From the NCBI GenBank assembly GCA_041483895.1, contig JBGPGO010000001.1:256001-320000 (forward strand): 64,000 bases of DNA, in the 5' to 3' direction. This stretch comes from Fimbriimonadia bacterium (GTDB taxonomy: Bacteria; Armatimonadota; Fimbriimonadia; Fimbriimonadales; JABRVX01). This document shows positions 49,912-58,093 of this stretch, one piece after another. The first letter of the stretch is position 1. Every line of letters begins with the position of its first letter. A model generated the notes under the pieces. The model was not told the origin of the DNA. It worked only from the letters and a program-made list of their open reading frames with translations, and did not search any database. Made by a program: the position numbers and the translations under genes.

Positions 49912-50748
49912 TCACACCGTGGAGCGCTTACGCAATCGCAACGCCCCCAGCCCCATGCCAACAAGAACAACGGCGCTGCTTGGTTCCGGCACAGAATTAA
50001 ACTGCCAGCTAAGAATGTCCTGGTGAGCCCCGAGATCGCCCGCTGCTCCGGTGAAACCAATCCAAGCCCTGCCGTCTGACATTGACAGAGTCGAGGCAAG
50101 ATTGAGATTGATCATCAGCTTCGGAGTAACAAGATCATCCATCCAAACCGTCCATGAACCGGGCAAATAGGATATGCGAACAGTGTGTGTTGCATTGTTG
50201 TTTATGTCCGGAATGTTCTTATTCCACCCGAGCGAGTATTGAATGTCGGCGGAATTGGGAAGCAGGCCCCGCGTCTGCAAACTTGTCCAATTGTCGCTCG
50301 GGTCCCCAGACGGGATACCGCCATCCCCTACCAGATTACGGTAGTAATCGAACTGTTGCGCGATGCAGTTTGCGATTCCAACGGTTTCGCCTGGGCGATC
50401 CGCGTATCCGAGCTGACCGCCACGACCACCCATCGCGTTAACCTGTTGATTCTGGATAACGAACGCGAATCCATCATTAGAACCGAATGCTTGGAATGCG
50501 AACGTGGTTGTAAATCCGGCCGCCACGCTTTGCTTTGTGGTGTACCACCCCGCACTAGCTTCGGCACTCAAACGCAATAGATTGTTGGCCTGGTGTCCAT
50601 TTCCGACAAAAGTGATGCCCGACGTATCGGTGAAATTATTATAGTTAAAGTCCGCGTTGGCGACCGTCGGACCGACGATAGCTCCTATACCGAAAACCAC
50701 ACTGAGTACTGTGACTCGACGACCGGAAAACTTGATTGCTGATGACAT
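49912..50748 (-). CDS. L-type (legume) lectin-domain PEP-CTERM protein
   Basis: GFTTTF, DGFAFVIQN, GRAWIGFTGA, HQDILSWQF; VPEPSSAVVLVGMGLGALRLRKR. Confidence 0.9.
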   Translation of the reverse strand: MSSAIKFSGRRVTVLSVVFGIGAIVGPTVANADFNYNNFTDTSGITFVGNGHQANNLLRLSAEASAGWYTTKQSVAAGFTTTFAFQAFGSNDGFAFVIQNQQVNAMGGRGGQLGYADRPGETVGIANCIAQQFDYYRNLVGDGGIPSGDPSDNWTSLQTRGLLPNSADIQYSLGWNKNIPDINNNATHTVRISYLPGSWTVWMDDLVTPKLMINLNLASTLSMSDGRAWIGFTGAAGDLGAHQDILSWQFNSVPEPSSAVVLVGMGLGALRLRKRSTV

Positions 50749-50965
50749 TTTCGAACTCCTTAAGTTTGGTAAATGCCATCCGGCGGGTCGCTTCCATTAC
50801 AAAACAACGGGGATAGTATACAGCTGTTTGTGTCAAACGCAGAATTGCGGCGACACTCATCGATTTCGAAGGCGGCCCGTTTCGGAGCGGTGGAAGCGGC
50901 CAGTGACTTGAAATGAAGGAGCAACGCCTCTTTAAGGTTGTCAAGGGCCCCTTGTTCAGTCTCTT

Positions 50966-51089
50966 CAATGATGCGACCGGTCTCCCGACCGAGTCGCGTG
51001 TCTTGACTTCACCTAGCCCTGAATTCTCCAATGATGCGACCGGTCTCCCGACCGAGTCGCGCGTCTTGACTTCACCTAGCCCTGAATTC
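50966..51089. repeat. 63-bp tandem duplication containing repeat family A
   Basis: Units start at 50966 and 51029 and are near-identical. Confidence 0.85.
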
Positions 51090-51123
51090 AACCTAAAACT
51101 GCGGGTTGGAGTAGTATTGTCCC

Positions 51124-51825
51124 GTGGGGTCCCAACAGAGCAACCTAACCGAATGCCGGGAATGCGCCGGTCAAGTCAGCGAACACGCGCCGTCATGTCC
51201 CCATTGTGGCGCGGTCCAACCGGCGCTCGCGACCCTGCCGCGCGATAAAGACGGGCACATCTCCCGGTCTGTCGTAGAGCGGTTGCAATCCGGAGAACCT
51301 GCCGGAAGCGTGACCGAGCTGGCCTCCTGCCGGGAGTGCAAGGGCCAAATCAGCCCGACCGCGGCGATGTGCCCCCACTGCGGCGCGCCGTATCCCGCCC
51401 GAGAACGTTACAGTGCCGGCAAAGATTGGAGAAGCAGTCGAACGATCAAAGGGAGGCCATTGGTGCACGTCGCCTGGGGCCGCGACCCGCTAACCGGCAA
51501 GCCGCGCGTCGCGAAAGGGGTTATCGCTATCGGCCAGTTCGCGAAAGGGGATATCGCAATCGGCCAGTTTGCCGCGGGGAAGTATTGTGCGTTGGGCCAG
51601 TTCGCGGCGTCGTTCGGAATCGGAATCGGGCAGTTCGCCATCGCGCCACTCTGTCTTGCCATGTTTGGGGTCGGGCTGCTCACAGTTGCGTTTATAGGAG
51701 TAGGCATGAAGGTTCTTGGCGGGCTGGGGATCGACCTTCATGGGATCGTAGGCGCCGGACAGACCGCGGCCGGGCACCTGGCGCCAAATGCGCCCACAAC
51801 CATCAAGTTTCCCGCCGGCAGATAG
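51124..51825 (+). CDS. Double zinc-ribbon protein with Gly-rich (IAIGQFA) membrane repeats
   Basis: CREC..CPHC twice; AKGVIAIGQFAKGDIAIGQFA. Confidence 0.8.
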   Translation: MGSQQSNLTECRECAGQVSEHAPSCPHCGAVQPALATLPRDKDGHISRSVVERLQSGEPAGSVTELASCRECKGQISPTAAMCPHCGAPYPARERYSAGKDWRSSRTIKGRPLVHVAWGRDPLTGKPRVAKGVIAIGQFAKGDIAIGQFAAGKYCALGQFAASFGIGIGQFAIAPLCLAMFGVGLLTVAFIGVGMKVLGGLGIDLHGIVGAGQTAAGHLAPNAPTTIKFPAGR

Positions 51826-51826
51826 C

Positions 51827-53641
51827 ATGCAGGACCGCAAATTCCTCGCCTGGACCGCAGCGATATTCCTATTAATCGCCCTGCTACCGCAACTGTACGG
51901 CCTATTGATACAAGGCGACCGGATGTATACCGGCTTCGATGTCAACCCGGACGACATGTGCGTCTACGGGGCGTGGATGGAGCAGGCGCGGCGCGGACAC
52001 TTTTTTTTCTACAATCCCTTCACAACCGACGAACAGCCCCGCATGACGGTGCATCTGTTCTTCTATGCCCTCGGGACGGCCGAGCGCTTCACCGGCCTCT
52101 CCTTCCCTGTCGTTTTCCACGCGGCGCGGCTACTGTTCGGCCTGCTCTTCATCTTCGGTGCATGGCGGCTGATCGGGCGGCTCACTGAGGACCCATTGAC
52201 GCGGCGCATCCTGTTGCTCACGCTGCTGGTCTCCTCGGGCATCGGCTGGCTGTTCCAAGGCGCACAGGGGATGTCTGGGCCAACCGATCTTTGGCAGCCG
52301 GAAGGATTCACATTTCCAAGCCTCATGACGAACGCCCTCTTCGCGATCTCGTTGTGGCTGATCGTCGAGATTTGGATCGCGGTTTTGGATGCAAAGGAGC
52401 GCTGGTCGGCGGTCCCGCGCGGCGCTGTGCTGATGCTCGTGCTCGGAAACATCCACACCTACGATGTCCTTACGTTCGGTCTTGTCGCGGCCGCGTTCGC
52501 CATTTGTCTTTTGGCCCGCAGAGAGATTACGGGAGCGTGGCTGATGCGAGTCGTACTCATTGGATTGGGCGCCGTGCCGGCGGTCGCATGGCTGTGGTGG
52601 GTGCAGAAACACGACGCCGTTTTCGCGGCCCGCGCGGCAACTCTCACTTTCTCGCCGGATCCGTGGCAGTTCGTGCTCGGATATCTTCCGTTGATCCTTC
52701 TCGCGGGTGTCGCGCTGAGGCCGCGTTTGAAAGAGCTGGGCGCTATCGTTCCGTTAGCGATCCTTGGCCTATGTTTTGTGCGGCAATGGCTCAACACGTC
52801 CCCAGAACCGATTTTCATGCTCTGGTTCTTGTTGATTTACGCCTTACTGACAATCGGCGCGGCCTCGCTGGCAAAATCGAAGGAGGACGGGGTAGCGATG
52901 ACGCTGCTGATAGCATGGGCCGCCGTCGCGCTTTGGATCCCCTACTTCCCTGCCCTGTTCCAGCGCAAGCTGACGATGGGAGCGCACATCCCCATCGCCC
53001 TGTTAGCTGGCCTCGGCATCGCGAGGATTGCCGCATGGCAATCGGGTGGGAGAGAGAAAAGCCCTCCCCTTTTTTCCGGCTCAGGAGCGGCTTCCAAAAC
53101 TACAACCAGGAACTTTGGGCCGGAAAAAGGGGGAGAGCCTGTCCTGAGGTTGTCGAAGGAGTTGGGTGGGGGTTTCATTCGTCTCGCAGCCGTCCTCGTC
53201 TTGCTTTCGCTCACCAACATCTTCTGGCTCCGCAACAGCTTCGAAAACATCAGCACAAACACGGCATCGACAAAAATCCATCCGGTCTTCCTCGATCCCG
53301 ACCAGAGAGACGCGCTGCACTGGCTGCGAACGAACGCGTCCGAGAACGCCGCCGTTCTGGACCTCACCTTCTGGGCGTGCTACATCCCCGCGTTCGCCGG
53401 GCAAAAAACCTATGCGAGCCATTGGAGCGAGACGCCGGACTTCGCCGACAAGTTCAATCTGGTCAATCGCGACATTTATGGACTCGGAGGCAACAATCTA
53501 ACGGACGGCGAGCGATACAATCTCGTCCGCGGCCTCAGCGTGCAATATGTAATCTGGCACAAGGAAAAGGACTTGACGGACTTTTCCGACCTCGGTGACA
53601 TCGTGTTCGACCGTCCGACATTGGCGATTGTGAAGTTGTAG
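51827..53641 (+). CDS. Multi-TM membrane protein, probably GT-C glycosyltransferase-like, with an in-frame repeat insertion
   Basis: Many TM helices; NPDD..Y loop; C-terminal ALHWLR...YIPAFAG..TYASHW domain. Confidence 0.7.
   Translation: MQDRKFLAWTAAIFLLIALLPQLYGLLIQGDRMYTGFDVNPDDMCVYGAWMEQARRGHFFFYNPFTTDEQPRMTVHLFFYALGTAERFTGLSFPVVFHAARLLFGLLFIFGAWRLIGRLTEDPLTRRILLLTLLVSSGIGWLFQGAQGMSGPTDLWQPEGFTFPSLMTNALFAISLWLIVEIWIAVLDAKERWSAVPRGAVLMLVLGNIHTYDVLTFGLVAAAFAICLLARREITGAWLMRVVLIGLGAVPAVAWLWWVQKHDAVFAARAATLTFSPDPWQFVLGYLPLILLAGVALRPRLKELGAIVPLAILGLCFVRQWLNTSPEPIFMLWFLLIYALLTIGAASLAKSKEDGVAMTLLIAWAAVALWIPYFPALFQRKLTMGAHIPIALLAGLGIARIAAWQSGGREKSPPLFSGSGAASKTTTRNFGPEKGGEPVLRLSKELGGGFIRLAAVLVLLSLTNIFWLRNSFENISTNTASTKIHPVFLDPDQRDALHWLRTNASENAAVLDLTFWACYIPAFAGQKTYASHWSETPDFADKFNLVNRDIYGLGGNNLTDGERYNLVRGLSVQYVIWHKEKDLTDFSDLGDIVFDRPTLAIVKL
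53056..53176. repeat. Nested palindromic REP-like insertion within the CDS
   Basis: 20-bp stem 53064-53083/53116-53135 followed by CCTGTCCTGAGGTTGTCGAAGG. Confidence 0.65.
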
Positions 53642-53653
53642 CGGCATGTTCCG

Positions 53654-54952
53654 CTATCGACCTCTTCGCCGAAAACCGGCGAACAGCAGCAGACCTGGGA
53701 TTCCGCACATCCCTGGTTCCGGGACTGGCGAGGAGAGCCAGACGGAGACGGTGCCGTCGGGGTCCACCCCCTCCCACAGCACCTGTCCATTCACGCCGAC
53801 GGCGAGCGACCGGGCGGCGAGGAAGTTGAAGCTGCCATACGCGTCGAGAGATAGATTGAACTGATTGACAAAAACGCTGCGAACTGGAACTTTGGGACCT
53901 GATGCGTACCAGACGCCGTAGCCGAATCCGTCCAGCCCAGTCATATCGAAATCGGTTGGGATTCCTACGATATCCGTCGTCAGATTTTTTCCGTTGAGGA
54001 TGGCCAAGTACCCTAAGGTGCTGCTTGCCCCGTTCCAGAAGACGTCGCCTTTGTTGTTGACAAAGTTCAGCCCTTGGCGGATGCCGTCGATGTCCAGTTC
54101 CGGTACCTCCGCGGTGAGGTCCCTCATTCCCAGCATCATATGATCCGTATTGTTCGTGTCGACGCGAATCCAAAGAAATTGGTCAGATGAGTTGATCGCC
54201 TCGACGTGTCCGGCTTTCATCGTCGGGAACAGGTCCTTGGTCAAGTTCCGATCGTTGAGGAAGACGTCGAATCTCCCGTTAGTCGTCGACCCGAGCCCGT
54301 CCCACAGCACGCTGCCACTAGCTCCCAGGATACCCGTCTGCGCGAATTGCAATTCGCCCAAGATACCGGCGGTGAAATTGACGCCGTTCTTGTACAAATT
54401 GATCTGTCCGTCGGAATCTGTGGCTCGATACAGTGTATCACCGCGGCCGTTGATGCCGTAAAGCATGACATTGGATATCGCCGCGCCGCCGGAGATCTCC
54501 TGTCCTCCTTGGAAAACTCGGGTGACGCCGGACTTTTGGTACGTCCAGAATGGATTACCCGCGTCGTCGATCCCCCGAATTGTGACGCGGCTCTGACTTG
54601 GATCCGGCGGAAACAGCGGACCATAAAAATCGTGGCCGTCGGCGTTGACGGAGATCGAGCTCACCGTGCCCCCCTCCCACGCCACCTGCCCGCCGCGGTT
54701 GATACCGTACGTCGTGCCGTTGCTGACGGGTCCGAGGTAGGTGGAGTTGAGGTTGGTCTTGTACTTCCAAGCGTCGAAATGGCCGTCCAGGGATCTAGTC
54801 GTATAGCACGGGATGCCGTCTGCGTTGATGAAGCAGTTTACTTTTTGGCCCGCATATTGGACCTCCTTGATCAACTGCTCATGCTTCCATTGGGTCTGGG
54901 ACTCCGCGCACACGAATGCCAATGTCGCGATGACGGCGATGCATGATTTCAT
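53654..54952 (-). CDS. PEP-CTERM repeat protein (intact paralog of 8755-10144)
   Basis: Signal peptide, QTQWKHE, about 50-aa N..G...W.G repeats, PVPEPGMCGIPGLLLFAGFRRRGR. Confidence 0.88.
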   Translation of the reverse strand: MKSCIAVIATLAFVCAESQTQWKHEQLIKEVQYAGQKVNCFINADGIPCYTTRSLDGHFDAWKYKTNLNSTYLGPVSNGTTYGINRGGQVAWEGGTVSSISVNADGHDFYGPLFPPDPSQSRVTIRGIDDAGNPFWTYQKSGVTRVFQGGQEISGGAAISNVMLYGINGRGDTLYRATDSDGQINLYKNGVNFTAGILGELQFAQTGILGASGSVLWDGLGSTTNGRFDVFLNDRNLTKDLFPTMKAGHVEAINSSDQFLWIRVDTNNTDHMMLGMRDLTAEVPELDIDGIRQGLNFVNNKGDVFWNGASSTLGYLAILNGKNLTTDIVGIPTDFDMTGLDGFGYGVWYASGPKVPVRSVFVNQFNLSLDAYGSFNFLAARSLAVGVNGQVLWEGVDPDGTVSVWLSSPVPEPGMCGIPGLLLFAGFRRRGR

Positions 54953-54973
54953 CCAAGTATCTCCCTTTTCATG

Positions 54974-55183
54974 CCTCAACAGGTCCTCCTGTTGAGGGAC
55001 GTCCGGCAACTACTTCGGCGGCGCGGTGGACATGGGTCGGCAAATCCCACCACGTGGATATATTACACCAACTTTGGCGTCTTGGCGCTCGGAAGCCTCC
55101 CAAAAACCCTCAACAGGAGGACCTGTCTGAGGGATTCAACCCTCCCCGAAGACCCTCGCCAGAAGGACCTGTCTGAGGGATTC
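54974..55183. repeat. Three palindromic repeats (CCCTCAACAGGAGGACCTGT(C)TGAGGG)
   Basis: Inverted 54974-54998; direct 55107-55137 and 55153-55183. Confidence 0.75.
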
Positions 55184-55190
55184 TGCAACG

Positions 55191-55296
55191 CTAATCCACC
55201 GTAAACACAACCTTGCCGCACTCGCCTTTGGCGATCAGTTCCATCGCCTCCACAAACTGCGTGTAGTGGAATCGGTGGGTAATGACCGGCGGGACT
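55191..55296 (-). pseudogene. Orphan 3' remnant of a Zn-dependent (threonine-dehydrogenase-like) dehydrogenase
   Basis: Translates PPVITHRFHYTQFVEAMELIAKGECGKVVFTVD*; no start codon or N-terminal part. Confidence 0.7.
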
Positions 55297-57481
55297 ACTT
55301 CGCCGTCTTGTAATCCGGCAGCCGGACCTTCCACAAACTACGGCCATGCGTCCCTACCGTCAGATATCCGGTCCGGCGGTTGAGCGCCAGCCGCATGCAC
55401 GGGCAGTTGGGAAGCCCAGTCCCGTACCGCTTCCAGTTTCCGCCGCCGCTATTGGAAACATACACCCCGACGTCGCCCGCGATATACACGTCATCCGGCC
55501 GCGTCGGATCGATGACGATATGACCGAACGGCGCGTCCGGCAGATTGTCATCCACGCTCCTCCATGTCCCGCCCGCATTCTCCGTTTTGAAAATGTGCTT
55601 GTGGCCGTATCCATGCACCCCAACATATGCGGTCCGGGGCGAGCGCGGGTCGACCGCCAACGTGGCAATGTGCCCACCCGGCAGTCCTGCCGTAATGTCG
55701 AACCAATTTCCCCCGGTGTTCGGCGTGACCCATACCCTGCCCCAGGAGCTGCCTGCGTAGATCACTTCGGAATGCTTTGGCGCGATCGCAAGGGCGCTGA
55801 CATGCCCCATATCGCCGCTGATCGCCTCCCATGAATCCGTCCGGTTGGTCGTCCGCCACACTCGACTTGCCCCCGCAACCAAGATGTCCGAATTGTTGGG
55901 ATCGATTTCGAAAGGAGCGTAGAAGAGGCCGCCCGTTGTGTCCATATTGTTGACGCAGTAGTACCAACTATCGCCATAGTCGTCCGACCTATGCAACGAT
56001 AGGCCGACATATTCCGTGTAGACCCGCTCCGGATGCTGGTAGTCCACAATCGTCCAGCCGCCGTCGCCGAAGAAGGTCTCCTTCCATCTGAGGTCCCCCC
56101 GCGTTCGGCTGGTGCCGTTGTCCTGGGTTCCTCCGTAGGCGACAAAGGGGCTTATGGGGTCGACATCGATTCCGATGAATTGGAGCGTCGCCAGATTGTT
56201 GCTGATCGCCTCCCACGTATCCCCTCGGTCTTTCGTCATGAAAAGACCGCCGTCGCAGCCGGTGTACATCACCTTGGGATCGATGGGGTCGAAGATAAAG
56301 CAGTGCCAGTCGGGATGGGTGTTGCCGCCGGAATACGATCGGGAAACGTCCAGCCAGGTCGAGCCGCCGTCCAGAGTGCGAAGGATTGAATATCCGCCGC
56401 CAAAGACAATGTTGGGATTGTCCGGGGCGCAGGCGTAGAAGTTGTCGTACCAAAGCTGGCCGCCGCCGTAATTCGGCGCGTCCTTCAACAACCGCCAAGA
56501 TCTGCCGCCATCATCCGTGCGATACTCCGCAATGCCGTTGCCCCAACCGACCGCGTAAGAGACGTAGACCGTGTCCGGAAAGTCGCGGCACTGCGCGAGC
56601 TGGCTCCGGCCAAAACTGTTGTGAGGGAGCGTGCCGCCCAGCAATTCCCACGTGTTCCCGGAATCCGTCGTCTTGTAAACACCGTTCTTGCCGCCAAGTC
56701 CCCCAACCGCATAGTACACATCCGGCCTTTTGTCGCTGTTCACCACGTCTGTGAAGGCGCCTTCCACCACAGCCTGCCAGTGGTTGCCTCCGTTGAGGCT
56801 GCGCATCAATCCCCGGCCGGTGGCAGCAATGAGCAGCCCGCGCACCTTTGTGCTGGCGACCATCTTCGCCACAGCGGTACCGTTCAGTTCTTCCGAGCCG
56901 AGCAACTCCCATGTCTCCCCGGCGTTGGTCGATCGCAATATCCCCGCGCCGAAATAGCTGTCGGAAGCGCCATGCGCCTCCCCCGTGCCGGCATAGATGA
57001 TGTCCGGGTTGAACGGGTCTAAGACGAGGCTGCCGAAGGAGAGCGAGGCCTCGAAATCGGACATCGGCCTCCAGTTCTGGCCGCCGTTGGTGCTCTTCCA
57101 AACCCCGCCCAGCGATGCTCCGATGTACAAACGCCTCGTATTGCGGGGGTCCACGGCGATTGTGCTCACGCGTCCGGAGTTGTCCGAACCGCCCCACGCT
57201 TTATCCAGTGGCGCCGGGCCGATGCATTCCCAAGATGGGTGAACACCCTTAGCATCCGTCCAAAACGGCACTTGCAAGGCGTCCGTCCACGGAGAGGTCC
57301 TCGTGTCTTCGGGCAGCTTTGGGCCGGAGCGCCGAATCTGGTCGAAGTACAGCTCGCCTTCCGCCTCCTCCTTCTCCACCGTCGTGGGCAGCTTCTTTTC
57401 CCACTGCGGATCGGGTGGCCGGACACCCGCCGGGCCCTGCGCGCTTGCGGTGAAGAGGAGCCAGCCGAATGCAGCCACCAT
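55295..57481 (-). CDS. VPS10/BNR (Asp-box) repeat beta-propeller protein, glycosyl-hydrolase-like
   Basis: WECIGP, SGRV..IAVDP, repeated S.D.G.TW boxes, YGGTQDNG, VGTHGRSLW; start assumed at MVAAFGW. Confidence 0.88.
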   Translation of the reverse strand: MVAAFGWLLFTASAQGPAGVRPPDPQWEKKLPTTVEKEEAEGELYFDQIRRSGPKLPEDTRTSPWTDALQVPFWTDAKGVHPSWECIGPAPLDKAWGGSDNSGRVSTIAVDPRNTRRLYIGASLGGVWKSTNGGQNWRPMSDFEASLSFGSLVLDPFNPDIIYAGTGEAHGASDSYFGAGILRSTNAGETWELLGSEELNGTAVAKMVASTKVRGLLIAATGRGLMRSLNGGNHWQAVVEGAFTDVVNSDKRPDVYYAVGGLGGKNGVYKTTDSGNTWELLGGTLPHNSFGRSQLAQCRDFPDTVYVSYAVGWGNGIAEYRTDDGGRSWRLLKDAPNYGGGQLWYDNFYACAPDNPNIVFGGGYSILRTLDGGSTWLDVSRSYSGGNTHPDWHCFIFDPIDPKVMYTGCDGGLFMTKDRGDTWEAISNNLATLQFIGIDVDPISPFVAYGGTQDNGTSRTRGDLRWKETFFGDGGWTIVDYQHPERVYTEYVGLSLHRSDDYGDSWYYCVNNMDTTGGLFYAPFEIDPNNSDILVAGASRVWRTTNRTDSWEAISGDMGHVSALAIAPKHSEVIYAGSSWGRVWVTPNTGGNWFDITAGLPGGHIATLAVDPRSPRTAYVGVHGYGHKHIFKTENAGGTWRSVDDNLPDAPFGHIVIDPTRPDDVYIAGDVGVYVSNSGGGNWKRYGTGLPNCPCMRLALNRRTGYLTVGTHGRSLWKVRLPDYKTAK

Positions 57482-57790
57482 CCCAACCCTATAGAATGCC
57501 GGAATACAAAAGTTGTGTAAGGATTGACCCGCTGAGGCCACTTGGCCCCTGGCATCAATCGTATAAATCGGTGGGGAGGCATCTCTAGTAAATCGAGGGT
57601 GTCGAAGAAGGCGGTCCATGACCGGATCATTTCACGGTCAAGACAAAGGGTCCTTCCGGCCGGCATGCCCGTAAATACCAGAGATTACGAGGAAGGTCCC
57701 GAATTTCCCCGATTATCTACGTGGAAATTTGACTTTTCTGGTGGCAATTTGGTAGAGAGTGGAAGCATAGAGTTGGGAGGTTCGAAACAG

Positions 57791-58012
57791 ATGGAACCGA
57801 ATAGCAAGGCGGCGGAGATCTCCGTCTTTGAGAGCGATATCATATCCGACCTTGGACGTGGCGCTGGGCAGCAGGAAGTGGCTGATTCTCACGGAATTAC
57901 CCACGAGGATCTTGAAATCTCCTTGTACAGCGTGCTCGGCAAGCTCCAGGTCGGCGCGGCCAAATTCGTCCTCGACGACGTTACCGAACCGAAGGAACTG
58001 GTTCCCGCCTAA
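57791..58012 (+). CDS. Small acidic protein with a degenerate LuxR-type HTH
   Basis: GGGAGG SD; ISVFESDIISDLGRG..QQEVA..HGIT...L...LYSVLGKLQV fits the LuxR C-terminal register. Confidence 0.65.
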   Translation: MEPNSKAAEISVFESDIISDLGRGAGQQEVADSHGITHEDLEISLYSVLGKLQVGAAKFVLDDVTEPKELVPA

Positions 58013-58050
58013 AAAAGAAGGGCGGCCCGCTTTGGGGCGAACCGCTCTAC
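58012..58050. terminator. Hairpin between convergent genes, A-tract on the left (terminator for the minus-strand VIT gene)
   Basis: AAAAAAGAAGGGCGG...CCGCTCT. Confidence 0.45.
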
Positions 58051-58093
58051 TCTACTCAAAGGTTCCGTTCTCAGAGGCTTTTGCTACGTATCT

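Noticed and set aside
50966..51089. Repeat-spacer-repeat pattern resembling a mini CRISPR array
   Set aside because: The apparent spacers are identical, so it is a 63-bp tandem duplication; the repeat also occurs in inverted pairs elsewhere and there are no cas genes
52291..53598. 435-aa alternative-frame ORF overlapping the membrane protein
   Set aside because: Arg/Ala/Gly-rich off-frame artefact with no motifs
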